This document shows positions 26,724 to 38,485 of a stretch of DNA of 64,000 nt, one piece after another. The DNA lies in the NCBI GenBank assembly GCA_964016885.1, contig OZ024742.1, positions 301,258,001 to 301,322,000 of the forward strand, read 5' to 3'. This DNA is from Eledone cirrhosa (Eukaryota). Under the pieces are notes generated by a model. That model had not been told where the DNA came from. It saw only the letters and a program-made list of their open reading frames with translations, and searched no databases. How positions within the stretch are numbered: the stretch's first letter is position 1; every line of letters begins with the position of its first letter. Made by a program: the position numbers and the translations under genes.

Positions 26724-29700
26724 GTCAGTACAACACATCTATTTCACCTCTTCTCCGGCCACACCACAGGTCAGTACAACACATCACTTTCACCTCTTCT
26801 CCGGCCACACCACAGGTCAGTACAACACATCTATTTCACCCCTTCTCCGGCCACACCACAGGTCAGTACAACACATCTATTTCACCTCTTCTCCGGCCAC
26901 ACCACAGGTCAGTACAACACTTCTCTTTCACCTCTTCTCCGGCCACACCACAGGTCAGTACAACACTTCTCTTTCACCTCTTCTCCGGCCACACTACAGG
27001 TCAGTACAACACTTCTCTTTCACCTCTTCTCCGGCCACACCACAGGTCAGTACAACACTTCTCTTTCACCTCTTCTCCGGCCACACTACAGGTCAGTACA
27101 ACACTTCTCTTTCACCTCTTCTCCGGCCACACCACAGGTCAGTACAACACTTCTCTTTCACCTCTTCTCCGGCCACACTACAGGTCAGTACAACACTTCT
27201 CTTTCACCTCTTCTCCGGCCACACTACAGGTCAGTACAACACATCTATTTCACCTCTTCTCCGGCCACACCACAGGTCAGTACAACACATCTATTTCACC
27301 TCTTTTCCGGTCACACTACAGGTCAGTACAACACATCTATTTCACCCCTTTTCCGGCCACACTACAGGTCAGTACAACACATCTATTTCACCTCTTCCCC
27401 GGCCACACCACAGGTCAGTACACATCTCTTTCACCTCTTCCCCGGCCACACCACAGGTCAGTACACATCACTTTCACCTCTTCTCCGGCCACACCACAGG
27501 TCAGTACAACACTTCTCTTTCACCTCTTCTCCGGCCACACCACAGGTCAGTACACATCACTTTCACCTCTTCTCCGGCCACACCACAGGTCAGTACAACA
27601 CTTCTCTTTCACCTCTTCTCCGGCCACACTACAGGTCAGTACACATCTCTTTCACCTCTTCCCCGGCCACACCACAGGTCAGTACACATCACTTTCACCT
27701 CTTCTCCGGCCACACCACAGGTCAGTACAACACTTCTCTTTCACCTCTTCTCCGGCCACACCACAGGTCAGTACACATCTCTTTCACCTCTTCCCCGGCC
27801 ACACCACAGGTCAGTACACATCACTTTCACCTCTTCTCCGGCCACACCACAGGTCAGTACAACACTTCTCTTTCACCTCTTCTCCGGCCACACCACAGGT
27901 CAGTACACATCACTTTCACCTCTTCTCCGGCCACACCACAGGTCAGTACAACACTTCTCTTTCACCTCTTCTCCGGCCACACTACAGGTCAGTACACATC
28001 TCTTTCACCTCTTCCCCGGCCACACCACAGGTCAGTACACATCACTTTCACCTCTTCTCCGGCCACACCACAGGTCAGTACAACACTTCTCTTTCACCTC
28101 TTCTCCGGCCACACCACAGGTCAGTACAACACTTCTCTTTCACCTCTTCCCCGGCCACACCACAGGTCAGTACACATCACTTTCACCTCTTCTCCGGCCA
28201 CACCACAGGTCAGTACAACACTTCTCTTTCACCTCTTCCCCGGCCACACCACAGGTCAGTACAACACTTCTCTTTCACCTCTTCTCCGGCCACACCACAG
28301 GTCAGTACAACACTTCTCTTTCACCTCTTCCCCGGCCACACCACAGGTCAGTACACATCACTTTCACCTCTTCTCCGGCCACACCACAGGTCAGTACAAC
28401 ACTTCTCTTTCACCTCTTCCCCGGCCACACCACAGGTCAGTACACATCACTTTCACCTCTTCTCCGGCCACACCACAGGTCAGTACAACACTTCTCTTTC
28501 ACCTCTTCTCCGGCCACACCACAGGTCAGTACACATCACTTTCACCTCTTCTCCGGCCACACCACAGGTCAGTACAACACTTCTCTTTCACCTCTTCCCC
28601 GGCCACACTACAGGTCAGTACACATCACTTTCACCTCTTCTCCGGCCACACCACAGGTCAGTACAACACTTCTCTTTCACCTCTTCCCCGGCCACACCAC
28701 AGGTCAGTACACATCACTTTCACCTCTTCTCCGGCCACACCACAGGTCAGTACAACACTTCTCTTTCACCTCTTCTCCGGCCACACCACAGGTCAGTACA
28801 CATCACTTTCACCTCTTCTCCGGCCACACCACAGGTCAGTACAACACTTCTCTTTCACCTCTTCTCCGGCCACACCACAGGTCAGTACACATCACTTTCA
28901 CCTCTTCTCCGGCCACACCACAGGTCAGTACAACACATCTCTTTCACCTCTTCTCCGGTCACACCACAGGTCAGTACACATCTATTTCACCTCTTCCCCG
29001 GCCACACCACAGGTCAGTACACATCACTTTCACCTCTTCTCCGGCCACACCACAGGTCAGTACACATCTATTTCACCTCTTCCCCGGCCACACCACAGGT
29101 CAGTACACATCTCTTTCACCTCTTCTCCGGTCACACCACAGGTCAGTACAACACATCTATTTCACCCCTTCTCCGGCCACACTACAGGTCAGTACAACAC
29201 ATTTCTTTCACCTCTTCTCCGGTCACACCACAGGTCAGTACACATCACTTTCACCTCTTCCCCGGCCACACTACAGGTCAGTACAACACATCTATTTCAC
29301 CTCTTCTCCGGCCACACCACAGGTCAGTACACATCTATTTCACCTCTTCTCCGGCCACACCACAGGTCAGTACACATCTATTTCACCTCTTCTCCGGCCA
29401 CACCACAGGTCAGTACAACACATCTATTTCACCTCTTCTCCGGCCACACCATAGGTCAGTACACATCTATTTCACCCCTTCTCCGGCCACACCACAGGTC
29501 AGTACACATCTTTCACCTCTTCCCCGGCCACATCACAGGTCAGTACACATCTTTCACCTCTTCCCCGGCCACACCACAGGTCAGTACAATACTTCTCTTT
29601 CACTTCTCTGGCCACACCACAGGTCAGTACAACACATCTCTTTCACCTCTTCCCCGGCCACACCACAGGTCAGTACAACACTTCTCTTTCACTTCTCCGG

Positions 29701-29750
29701 CCACACCACAGGTCAGTACACATCTCTTTCATCTCTTCTCCGGCCACACA
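26695..29750 (+). repeat. Satellite of 46/43-bp units (ttcacctcttctccggccacaccacag|gtcagtac[aac]acatctat), ~65-70 copies
   Basis: Direct; the first unit is the end of predicted exon 1. Confidence 0.95.
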
Positions 29751-29786
29751 TATATAATGATGAAAGTTATTTTTAAAAAGGTTTAA

Positions 29787-31112
29787 CCCTTTAGTATTTA
29801 AACCGGCCGTATCCGGCCAGAATTCTCTCACCTCTCTCTGACCAAACCAACTGTAACTGGCTGCTCATACCAATGTTAAGGTATTATTCTCAAAATAAAT
29901 AACATCAAAATCTTGTAGATTCGATATTACGTGAGATAATTATGTAGGATAAAGCCTTTACTGTGAAAATACAATAGTAAATCTAAACTATAATAAAGGA
30001 AGGTCTTCGGGATTGCGTACGGTTTATTTTTTTTTATCTCGTTTGTAAAATAGGTTGGATTACTTTGAATAAATAATGAATAAATATTACATAATTCATC
30101 TACTAAATTTCGTAAACAAAAATAATTTCGTAAAAATAAATAATTTCAAATTAATTTCTTTTCAAAGTAGCACTTCCGGTATATCGTCGCCACCACCACC
30201 ATTTCAACTACCATATATATATAGAAAGAGAGAGTTTGAGAGATAGAGGGATTATGATTTTCTACACACTGACGCGTATGAGTGTGAACATACATACATC
30301 TATATGTATGAGTATATAACTATTATGAGTATATAACTATAATCGCGCAAACACAAACTTATAAAAATACACTCTCACGTACATAATTCACACAAATACA
30401 CATACTTTCACACAAACATACATACATTCACACATACATTTACACAAACACACACACAGTCATGATAGCGTTCGGTTTAATTGGAGATGGGAGAGTATAC
30501 TTTCACACAAATATACATACATTCACACATACTTTCACACAGACATACATACATTCACACATATATTTTCACACAAACATACATACATTCACACATATAC
30601 ATATACACAAACATACATACATTCATACATATACATTTACACAAACACACACATACAGTCATGATAGCGTTCGGTTTAATTGGAAATGGGAGGGTAAAAC
30701 AAGTATAACGTTTTATTTATTTATTAACTCTTTATTTATTTATTAACTCTTTTTTTTTAAACTCATCTAAACTATAATAAAGTAAAGAGCGCGAGACTTC
30801 TTTAAAATTTCTGAAATGTCAACACTTCCGGTTGGCCATCGCTTAAATAAATATACTAATTTTCTGTCACTAATTTTCTTCTAATGCAGTTTATATATAA
30901 TATCGTCTTTTTTAATGTATTATGGATTACGTTACTGATTAAATAAGACAGTGTAACGCAGTCTTCGTTCAATTTCTATTGTCAATTACGATTTTATTTG
31001 ATGTATTATATCTACATGCGTATAATATCAATATACACACTACACATACTAGCAGAAAACCACCCGAAGGGTGGTTTTTCTGCTAGTATAAAGTAATGTA
31101 AATGCTAAAAGT
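29787..31112. mobile_element. TTAA-flanked (piggyBac-like) MITE interrupted by a Helitron
   Basis: TTAA|CCCTTTAGTATTTA ... TAAATGCTAAAAGT|TTAA; uninterrupted relatives at ~35141-35344 and ~62606-62817. Confidence 0.7.
29982..31086 (+). mobile_element. Composite non-autonomous Helitron (family H1)
   Basis: A|TCTAAACTATAATAAAG start (repeated at ~30767), palindromic end ...CTAG|T, no TSD. Confidence 0.75.
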
Positions 31113-31339
31113 TTAAATGATACACAGAAAAAGATAAAAGCGGCAAAAGACGGAGTGGGGGTAAATAATGAAAAGGGTTGAGAGGGATGGGAGGGGGCAA
31201 AATCTACACCCTTGGTTGAGTGATATATCTCAGCTCCCTCCTACCGACAACATATCGAAAACATTTAGGTTCTGTGTTGTTTTATTTTATTTGATGTTGA
31301 TTGTGTAGAGTATATGAAATAATTCATTGTGTTACATGA

Positions 31340-31690
31340 GTCGGGAGGTTATTAAGAAATTTACTTCGCCATCATGGGTTTCAAGTTCGATTCCACTACA
31401 TGCCTCATTGGGCAAGCATCTATCTTTACCATAGCCTCGGGTCAGTCAAACTCTATCAGTGAAATTGGATGGTCGGAAACTGTTTGGAAGCCCGTCGGAT
31501 GGATTGTACCAGTATTTCTAAAGTCGAGCCATGTTGCATATTACGTCACACTGAATTTCTCTGAGAGTTATGTTAAAGGTATGTGTATCTGAGGAATACC
31601 CAGTCACTTCCTGGTTAATTTAACGAATAGGTAGTTCAGTTGATAAAAAAAAAAAATGAATGTTCATCGCTCAAACCAATGGAGAACCTA
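31340..31690 (+). mobile_element. Degenerate CORE-like tRNA SINE
   Basis: gttcgattcc B-box, ttgggcaag core, tail similar to 55200-55345. Confidence 0.5.
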
Positions 31691-32059
31691 TATTGTAATT
31701 GGATATATATTGTGTGCAGAGAGCGTGCTCTTTGAATTTTGTCCATATCCTGTTTATTTCAATTTCAAGTTTCATCAACTTTGACAGTTTCTCCACATTT
31801 TAAACAATGTCAGCAAAGATTGCGTACAAACGTTTTCATTCTAATCCTTAATTACTATTCTACGGTTTTCTTTTATCTCCTTGTCAGACATGACATATAT
31901 CCAGATCTACCAACCTCTAAAAACCCAACCGGGGAGATTTTACATAATGAAAGCTATACCCATTTTCACAAAAGAAGACATCTCTCATCCACCCCAACGT
32001 GGCGTGAGATGTCCTCGGAGTTGACAGGTCTGTAAGTCTAAAATCTAAAATCTGTCTCG

Positions 32060-32280
32060 AGTCCGGAAGTTCATCAGGCCGGTGCTTACTTCAGTTTCCG
32101 TGGCGTGAAACAAATGAGAGTACAAGACCCCCTACCCATGGACAGGATGCTAGTCTATTACAGGGTTAAACCACCAGCTATTGCCGGTACTCATTTTCAG
32201 CTGAGTATACTGGAGAAACGTGAAATGAAGTGTTTTGCTCAAGACACAACCCAATCCAGGAATCGAACTCTTGACTTATG
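32060..32280 (-). mobile_element. CORE-like SINE
   Basis: Minus strand gagttcgattcc...gtgtcttgagcaaaacacttcatttcacg...ccagtatactcagctg. Confidence 0.6.
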
Positions 32281-33926
32281 TAGCTTAGATTATAATCATG
32301 GCGCAGGTTTACTACGTATCTATACCACTTTCGTTTTATAGTGGAAGTGGCGGGGTATTTCTCAGTGAACATAACTACCAATGTGATTGTATCTGTGAAT
32401 ATACTCTGGCAAGGACTGTCCAGTCGGAGATGATGTCCTTAACTATCTTATTGTATTAGTTGCATAATGTGCATTGGATAGTCTTTTTTTCCCCTTATTT
32501 CATTTATATAGTCTGTTTGTTTGCTTTTTTTTGTACTAGACATTACACAATATGCCACTAAAATCCGACTTGCTTCTATTTTCAACACAGAGTTTTTGAA
32601 CCTGCCTGTTCTTTGTCGAACCTTTCAGTTTAGCCATGGGGTCGATTTTAGCTGGGAGCTTTTGAACCTACTTCCTCGCTGTCTAGTTTTACGAGATATT
32701 GGACTTAGAGCGGATTTTCGTTGTTTTTCTTCAGTATATTTTGAATTACGTTTATATTTTGTATTTTGTGTATGGTTTTCTTTTAATTGTTTCCGTTCAA
32801 TTCTGTATAGTTAGTTTCCAGTTTGTATTTTATTGTCTCTTTATAGAGAGAGAATTATCTTTCAATGTTTTTCTAAGATGCTAACTTATTTCTCATTGCT
32901 TGCTTATAAGTGTTCAACTGCTATTGTTTTGTGGCAGTCTTTTCTATGTATCACGTTCCATCCTCCTTGTGTATAGGGTTGGAATATTCTGTCTGTGTCG
33001 GCATTGGAGTAACGGCTTCGCAACGCTGTTGTCTGATTACGGTGGGAATATTTTCGTTGCTTGTTTGTTAGGAGATGTCCATGAATTTCTGTAGCATCTT
33101 ATTTCGAATGTCTTTTTGTTACCAGTTTATTAAAGAGAATAAAAACCACACGACAACGTTTTAACTGGATTAACATTGAGGGAGATCTAACAAAAATAAT
33201 AAAGAAAACACAGGAGAATATAAGAAAATCCATGACATGGATTAACATTGCTACTTATTCAAGATACATGTGACTAAGCAGATACTTGAACGAATTAATA
33301 AGTGGAGACGATATAGCGTTTGAGAAGACTCATCATTCAAGCCTAGCAGGTGGAAACCTCTATAGTGCTGGTGTCATAATAAAATGCACTCAATAGACAC
33401 TGTAAAGTGGCTGACGTTAGGAAGGGCATTTAGCCATAGAAACCATGTCAAAACTATAATATAATGAGCAAAACTGGTCTCGAACTGTGGCAATTCATTC
33501 AACCCATACCAGAGTGAAAGAGGGATGTAATATGATGATGAAAAGTTGAGGGCACAGTTTTGTGGTATCTTTGTATTTCATTGAATGGGGCTTCTATGAT
33601 CTTCATCTTTTTGGATTCATTCAAGATATTTTTTCTGTCTTCCTTTATTCCTTTTCACTTTCTCTCATGTCTTGTTTGCTTCCATGACCATAGGGGGAGG
33701 TGGTACACTGCTCCACCCTGTAATATCCCCACGACCTGAGGCTCATCAGGCCGGAGCTTATCCCAGTTTTATTGGTATTAAATAACTGAGAGTACAAATT
33801 TAGCCCTGTACTTTTTATGTTTGTTACTTGTCCATATCTTTTTGTCTAACCGATAAGTTAATGGACTTAAACAAACAGACACACATTCGTACACAAACAC
33901 ACACACATGCACGCATACACACACAC

Positions 33927-34325
33927 ATCATCGTCATCATCATCATCATCATTGTTTTTATGGCCGTTTTTCCACATGGGTTTGGGTTGGACGAGTCCTT
34001 CTCAGTGCAGCATCTCTCCACTCGCCTCGTTTCTTCGTCATCTCCTCTGTGAGTCTCAGTGGTTTGAGGTCATCTCTCACAATCTCTGTCCAATTCTGTC
34101 TTGGTCTACCTCTACTGCAGCTTCCTTCCACTGGCATTTATGGCACTTCTTCACCCGTCGATCATCATCCATATGCATCAAAGGTCCGTACAAATGCAGT
34201 CTTCTCTCTTGCACACCACTTCGGATTCCTCTTAAACTCAGTTTCTCCCTCAGTTCATCCAGGCTCTGCCTTTCTCTCACATTTACATTGCACACCCAAC
34301 GAAGCATTGTAGCTTCATTTCTATA
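33927..34325 (-). mobile_element. RTE-clade LINE 3' remnant with (GAT)n tail
   Basis: RNEATMLRWVCNV...ELREKL...RRLHLYGPLMHMDDDRRVKK resembles the RTE C-terminus. Confidence 0.7.
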
Positions 34326-34476
34326 TATATCTTCGTCATCATCATTTAATGTTTGCTTTTCCAGCTTAAAAACAACTTGTAAAAAACAGCACCCTGATGT
34401 CATAGCTGCGACAGACGGACAGAGAATACAATACAAATATTATACTATTAATTGTTACAATTGCTCTTAATTTCAG

Positions 34477-34768
34477 ATTGTTTCCACGGTAACTCTGAAT
34501 GGCATAGAAAAAGATGGCAACCTTAATGAAAAACTTCCCGAGAAGAAGACTGATAAATCCTCAACAGAGAGCAACACAGATTTTAAACCCCCAGATGGTG
34601 GTTGGGGATGGGTGGTTATGATTGCTTCTATGGTATTGATTCTTCTTACCGATGGTATTGCTTTCTCCGTTGGTACCATATACCCAACAATCCGAGATGA
34701 TTTCAATTCAGAAAGTACAAAAGCTTCTCTCATCAGTGCTCTGATCAATGCTTTCAGCCTCCTCACAG
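34477..34768 (+). CDS. SLC16: SLC16 monocarboxylate transporter exon 2
   Basis: tttcag acceptor; KPPDGGWGWVV signature of SLC16 TM1; G|GTTAGA donor, phase 1. Confidence 0.92.
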
Positions 34769-34787
34769 GTTAGACCTTCTTATTACT

Positions 34788-34818
<31 letters not shown>

Positions 34819-35459
34819 CAGTTTCACCAAAGCAGTTGCATAGCAAAGAATGACACGAAGAATTTATGATTCCATCTACCATTGTTGACAGTGTGTTCTA
34901 CACTAAGCAAGCTCCAATACAAAACCTTTTTTTAAATGTTTATATTTGTCTAAAACCCTTCCATCATAATGCTTTGTAAGAACCTTTGTTAATGTATGTT
35001 CCAAACAACTTAATAATGAGAAAGTTAGTTATATTACTAAATCCTTTAAAATTCTTGAGTATTTTCAAAATTATTTGAAAATCGCAGGCAATGTATTTCA
35101 TTAGAAATATGGTAACAAAAAGATTAATATAAATTCCTCACTAGCATTTAAATCAGCCACATCCAGCCAAAATTCTCTCACCTCTTTCGGGTCAAACTGG
35201 CCGCTCATATTGATGTTAATTTATTGTTATCAAAATAAATATCAAAATCTCATAGATTCGATATTATGTAAGATAATTATGTAAGGTAAAGCCTTTACCG
35301 TCAAAATATAATAGTAAATATAGAATAATATAAATGCTAAAGGGTTAAATAGTTAGCACTTCCCATATGCAATATCCTCTTCATATTCTAGCAATAAAAT
35401 ATAAACTTTGTTTTTACTCCATTTCCTTCATCCTCAAAGTACTTACCACAAAGCAAGGA

Positions 35460-35680
35460 AAATAATGGTTTCTGATTTAAGCATAAGACCATCAATTTGG
35501 GGGGATGGGAGGGGCGGGGGGAGTCGATTAAATCGACCCCAGTGCATTACTGGTACTTTATTTTATCGACCCCTTAATGATGAAAGGCAAAGCTAGCCTC
35601 AGCAGGATTTGAACTCAGAACATAAAGAGACGTAACTCTACACTGTCTGTTGCTCTACTGATATTGTCAATCCATCACCC
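35460..35680 (-). mobile_element. SINE S1 variant with degenerate TSD
   Basis: Core and B-box; caa.gcaaggaaa.t.aat on both sides. Confidence 0.7.
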
Positions 35681-35704
35681 TACAATGCAAGGAAATCAAT
35701 AGAG

Positions 35705-35927
35705 TTTATTGTTATAAAGATACGGTCTTCATTCATGTGTAAATACCAACAGCTAGAATATTATAAAGATCCAGAGTTCATTCATGTGTAAATACTAACA
35801 GTTACAATATAATGATCCAGAGTTCATTCATGTGTAAATACTAACAGCTACAATATTATAAAGGTCCAGTGTTCATTCATGTGTAAATACTAACCACAAC
35901 AATGTTTTATATCTAACAGGTCCAGTG
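35705..35927 (+). repeat. Tandem ~45-49-bp repeat containing TACTAAC and AGGTCCAGTG, ending in the exon-3 acceptor
   Basis: ttcattcatgtgtaaatactaac... four times. Confidence 0.8.
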
Positions 35928-36063
35928 GCAAGTGTTCTCGCAGATTCTTATGGCCACCGTCTTGTTGTCATATCAGGTAGTCTTTTGTCCGGCATTGCTT
36001 TTGTTGCTGCAAGTTTCTCACCAAACATTGACGTCGCCATAATAACTTATGGCTTCTTAGCTG
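35920..36063 (+). CDS. SLC16: SLC16 exon 3
   Basis: ctaacag acceptor; GPVASVLADSYGHRLVVISG...TYGFLAG; G|GTGAGT donor. Confidence 0.92.
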
Positions 36064-36144
36064 GTGAGTAAAAAGGAAAATGTTTAAAGAATTTATTTTT
36101 ATACTGTAAACGTGGTTGGTGTTAGGAAGGGTATCCAGCTGTAG

Positions 36145-36205
36145 ATGATGTTACTACGATTGTTGTTGTTGTTATTGAAGTTGTTTTTGTTCTTAATGAC
36201 GTTGT

Positions 36206-36241
<36 letters not shown>

Positions 36242-36556
36242 CGACAATAACGATGATGATGGCGATGACGACGATGACGACGATGATGATGATGATGGTG
36301 ATGATGACGGTGACAATGATCACAGTGACGACGATGACGTTGATGATTATAATGATAGCGATGACAATGATGACGATGACAACGATGATAATAATAATGA
36401 TAGCGATGACAATGATGACGATGACGACGATGATGGTAACGATGACGACGATGACGACGATGATGATGATGTCGATGATGATGATGATGATGATGACGAT
36501 GATGGCGATGACAACAACGAGGACGATGACAACAATGATGATGATGGTGATGATGT
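36145..36556. repeat. (GAT/GAC)n trinucleotide tract, intronic
   Basis: Direct. Confidence 0.9.
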
Positions 36557-36678
36557 TTTCACCGTTATTGAAGTTCTTATATCTATTGTAGTCATATTCG
36601 ATGTTAATATTGGACACTTAAATAAAATGTGACGTAATATCTCATCTATCGTCTGCTTTTGTTGAAATCTTTTCATAG

Positions 36679-37038
36679 GAACTGGTTTTTCCTTGATGTA
36701 TGTCAGCAGCATTGTTGTAGTTGGTCTTTACTTTGAAAAACGTCGGCCCCTGGCTATTGGTATTGCATCTTCTGGTTCCGGCATTGGTATATTCTTAATC
36801 TCAGCTATCACAGGAACTTTGCTCAATATCATATCATGGCGAACTGTTTCACTAATAGAAGGAGCCCTTATGATTTTAGGGATTCTATCTGGTTTGACAC
36901 TTCGACCCCTTCCTCGACCAAATGAAAGCAAAGAAAAAATATCCAAGACAAAATTACTTATGAAACGACTAGACATAACGTTATTCAGACTTCCTGCTTA
37001 CAACACAATTTGTGTAGTTTTTATTGTTGCAACAATTG
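36679..37038 (+). CDS. SLC16: SLC16 exon 4
   Basis: tttcatag acceptor; YFEKRRPLAIGIASSGSGIG motif; G|GTAAGT donor. Confidence 0.93.
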
Positions 37039-37256
37039 GTAAGTTACTGGTTAACTCTCTCTCTCGTACATACACACATACACACACATGCACAAACACA
37101 CTCACATTCACACAATCACACACACGCACTCACATTCACCCACACATATACATACACTATCACACACACACATACATAATATATATCCTATGATGATATC
37201 TACACTCTTTTTCTCTTAAGTTGAATAATGTTCTAACTAGTTTATCTAGTGAAATT

Positions 37257-37345
<89 letters not shown>

Positions 37346-37369
37346 ATATAAATATATATATATATATAT

Positions 37370-38120
37370 ATAAACGGAAAAATGAAACGAAATTTCATTT
37401 CCCACTCTTAGTACGGCTGTTACTTAAATATAAGTATGTATACGTGCATACATATATGTATACAGACATACAGTAGTATGTATATATATATACATACATG
37501 CACACATATATATATGTACGTATGGATTTACCGAACATTTATTATAATGCTCGGTGTGTTTGTAAACAAACATCCCGAATTAAGCCGTACAGTGTTTAGC
37601 AACCATCGTTGCCCTTTTGTTCAACACTGACAAAGGAACGCTGTACTAGTTTCAAGCTTATTAGCTATCGTCAGCACCGTATACCTTCCTGCCAGATGAT
37701 TGAACGTCTGAAAGTATATACTTTCCTTATGCATATTAACGGCTGAGCAGCCTAATTTGCATATCGAGTGAGTTAATCGGCCGGGCGCACCGAAAACGAT
37801 AAACGGAAAAAATGAAACGAAATTTCATTTCTCACTCTTAGTACGGCTGTTACTTAAATATAAGTATGTATACGTACATACATATATGTATACAGACGTA
37901 CAGTAGTATGTATATATATATATATACATACATGCACACATATATATATGTACGTATGGATTTACCGAACATTTATTATAATGCTCGGTGTGTTTGTTTA
38001 CAAACATCCCGAATTAAGCCGTACAGTGTTTAGCAGCCATCGTTGCCCTTTTGTTCAACACTGACAAAGGGACGATGTACTAGCTTCAAGCTTATTAGCT
38101 ATCGTCAGCACCGTATACCT
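37370..38120. repeat. Direct duplication of a ~320-bp segment (37370-37687 and 37800-38120)
   Basis: Near-identical from taaacggaaaaatgaaacg to caccgtatacct. Confidence 0.85.
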
Positions 38121-38399
38121 TTTCGTGAAATAGTCTTTTTAAGACTATATAGAGCATTTTTATTTTTTCCAAATTGAAGGATGAGTATTTAAACTTTATT
38201 TTATTCTGAGTTAAGACTATTGGTTTTTTCCCTGGATTTCACAAAATCTGTGGATAAAATTTCTGTCTTGATTTTTTTAAAATTGAATTTGAATTATTTT
38301 CCCATATCTTACGTTAAATATTTTCCATTTTGACGTTATAGTCACTTATATATTATGAAATACTGTTGGCTTCTTGCTCACATTAATTTCTCTATTTTC

Positions 38400-38469
<70 letters not shown>

Positions 38470-38485
<16 letters not shown>

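Noticed and set aside
26695-29750. CRISPR-like array or a stand-alone 1047-aa gene
   Set aside because: No unique spacers and a eukaryotic context. The long ORF follows from a unit lacking stop triplets, so it is not evidence of coding by itself.
36099-36712. Poly-Met/Ile/Ser ORFs
   Set aside because: (GAT)n tract inside an intron with well-defined flanking exons
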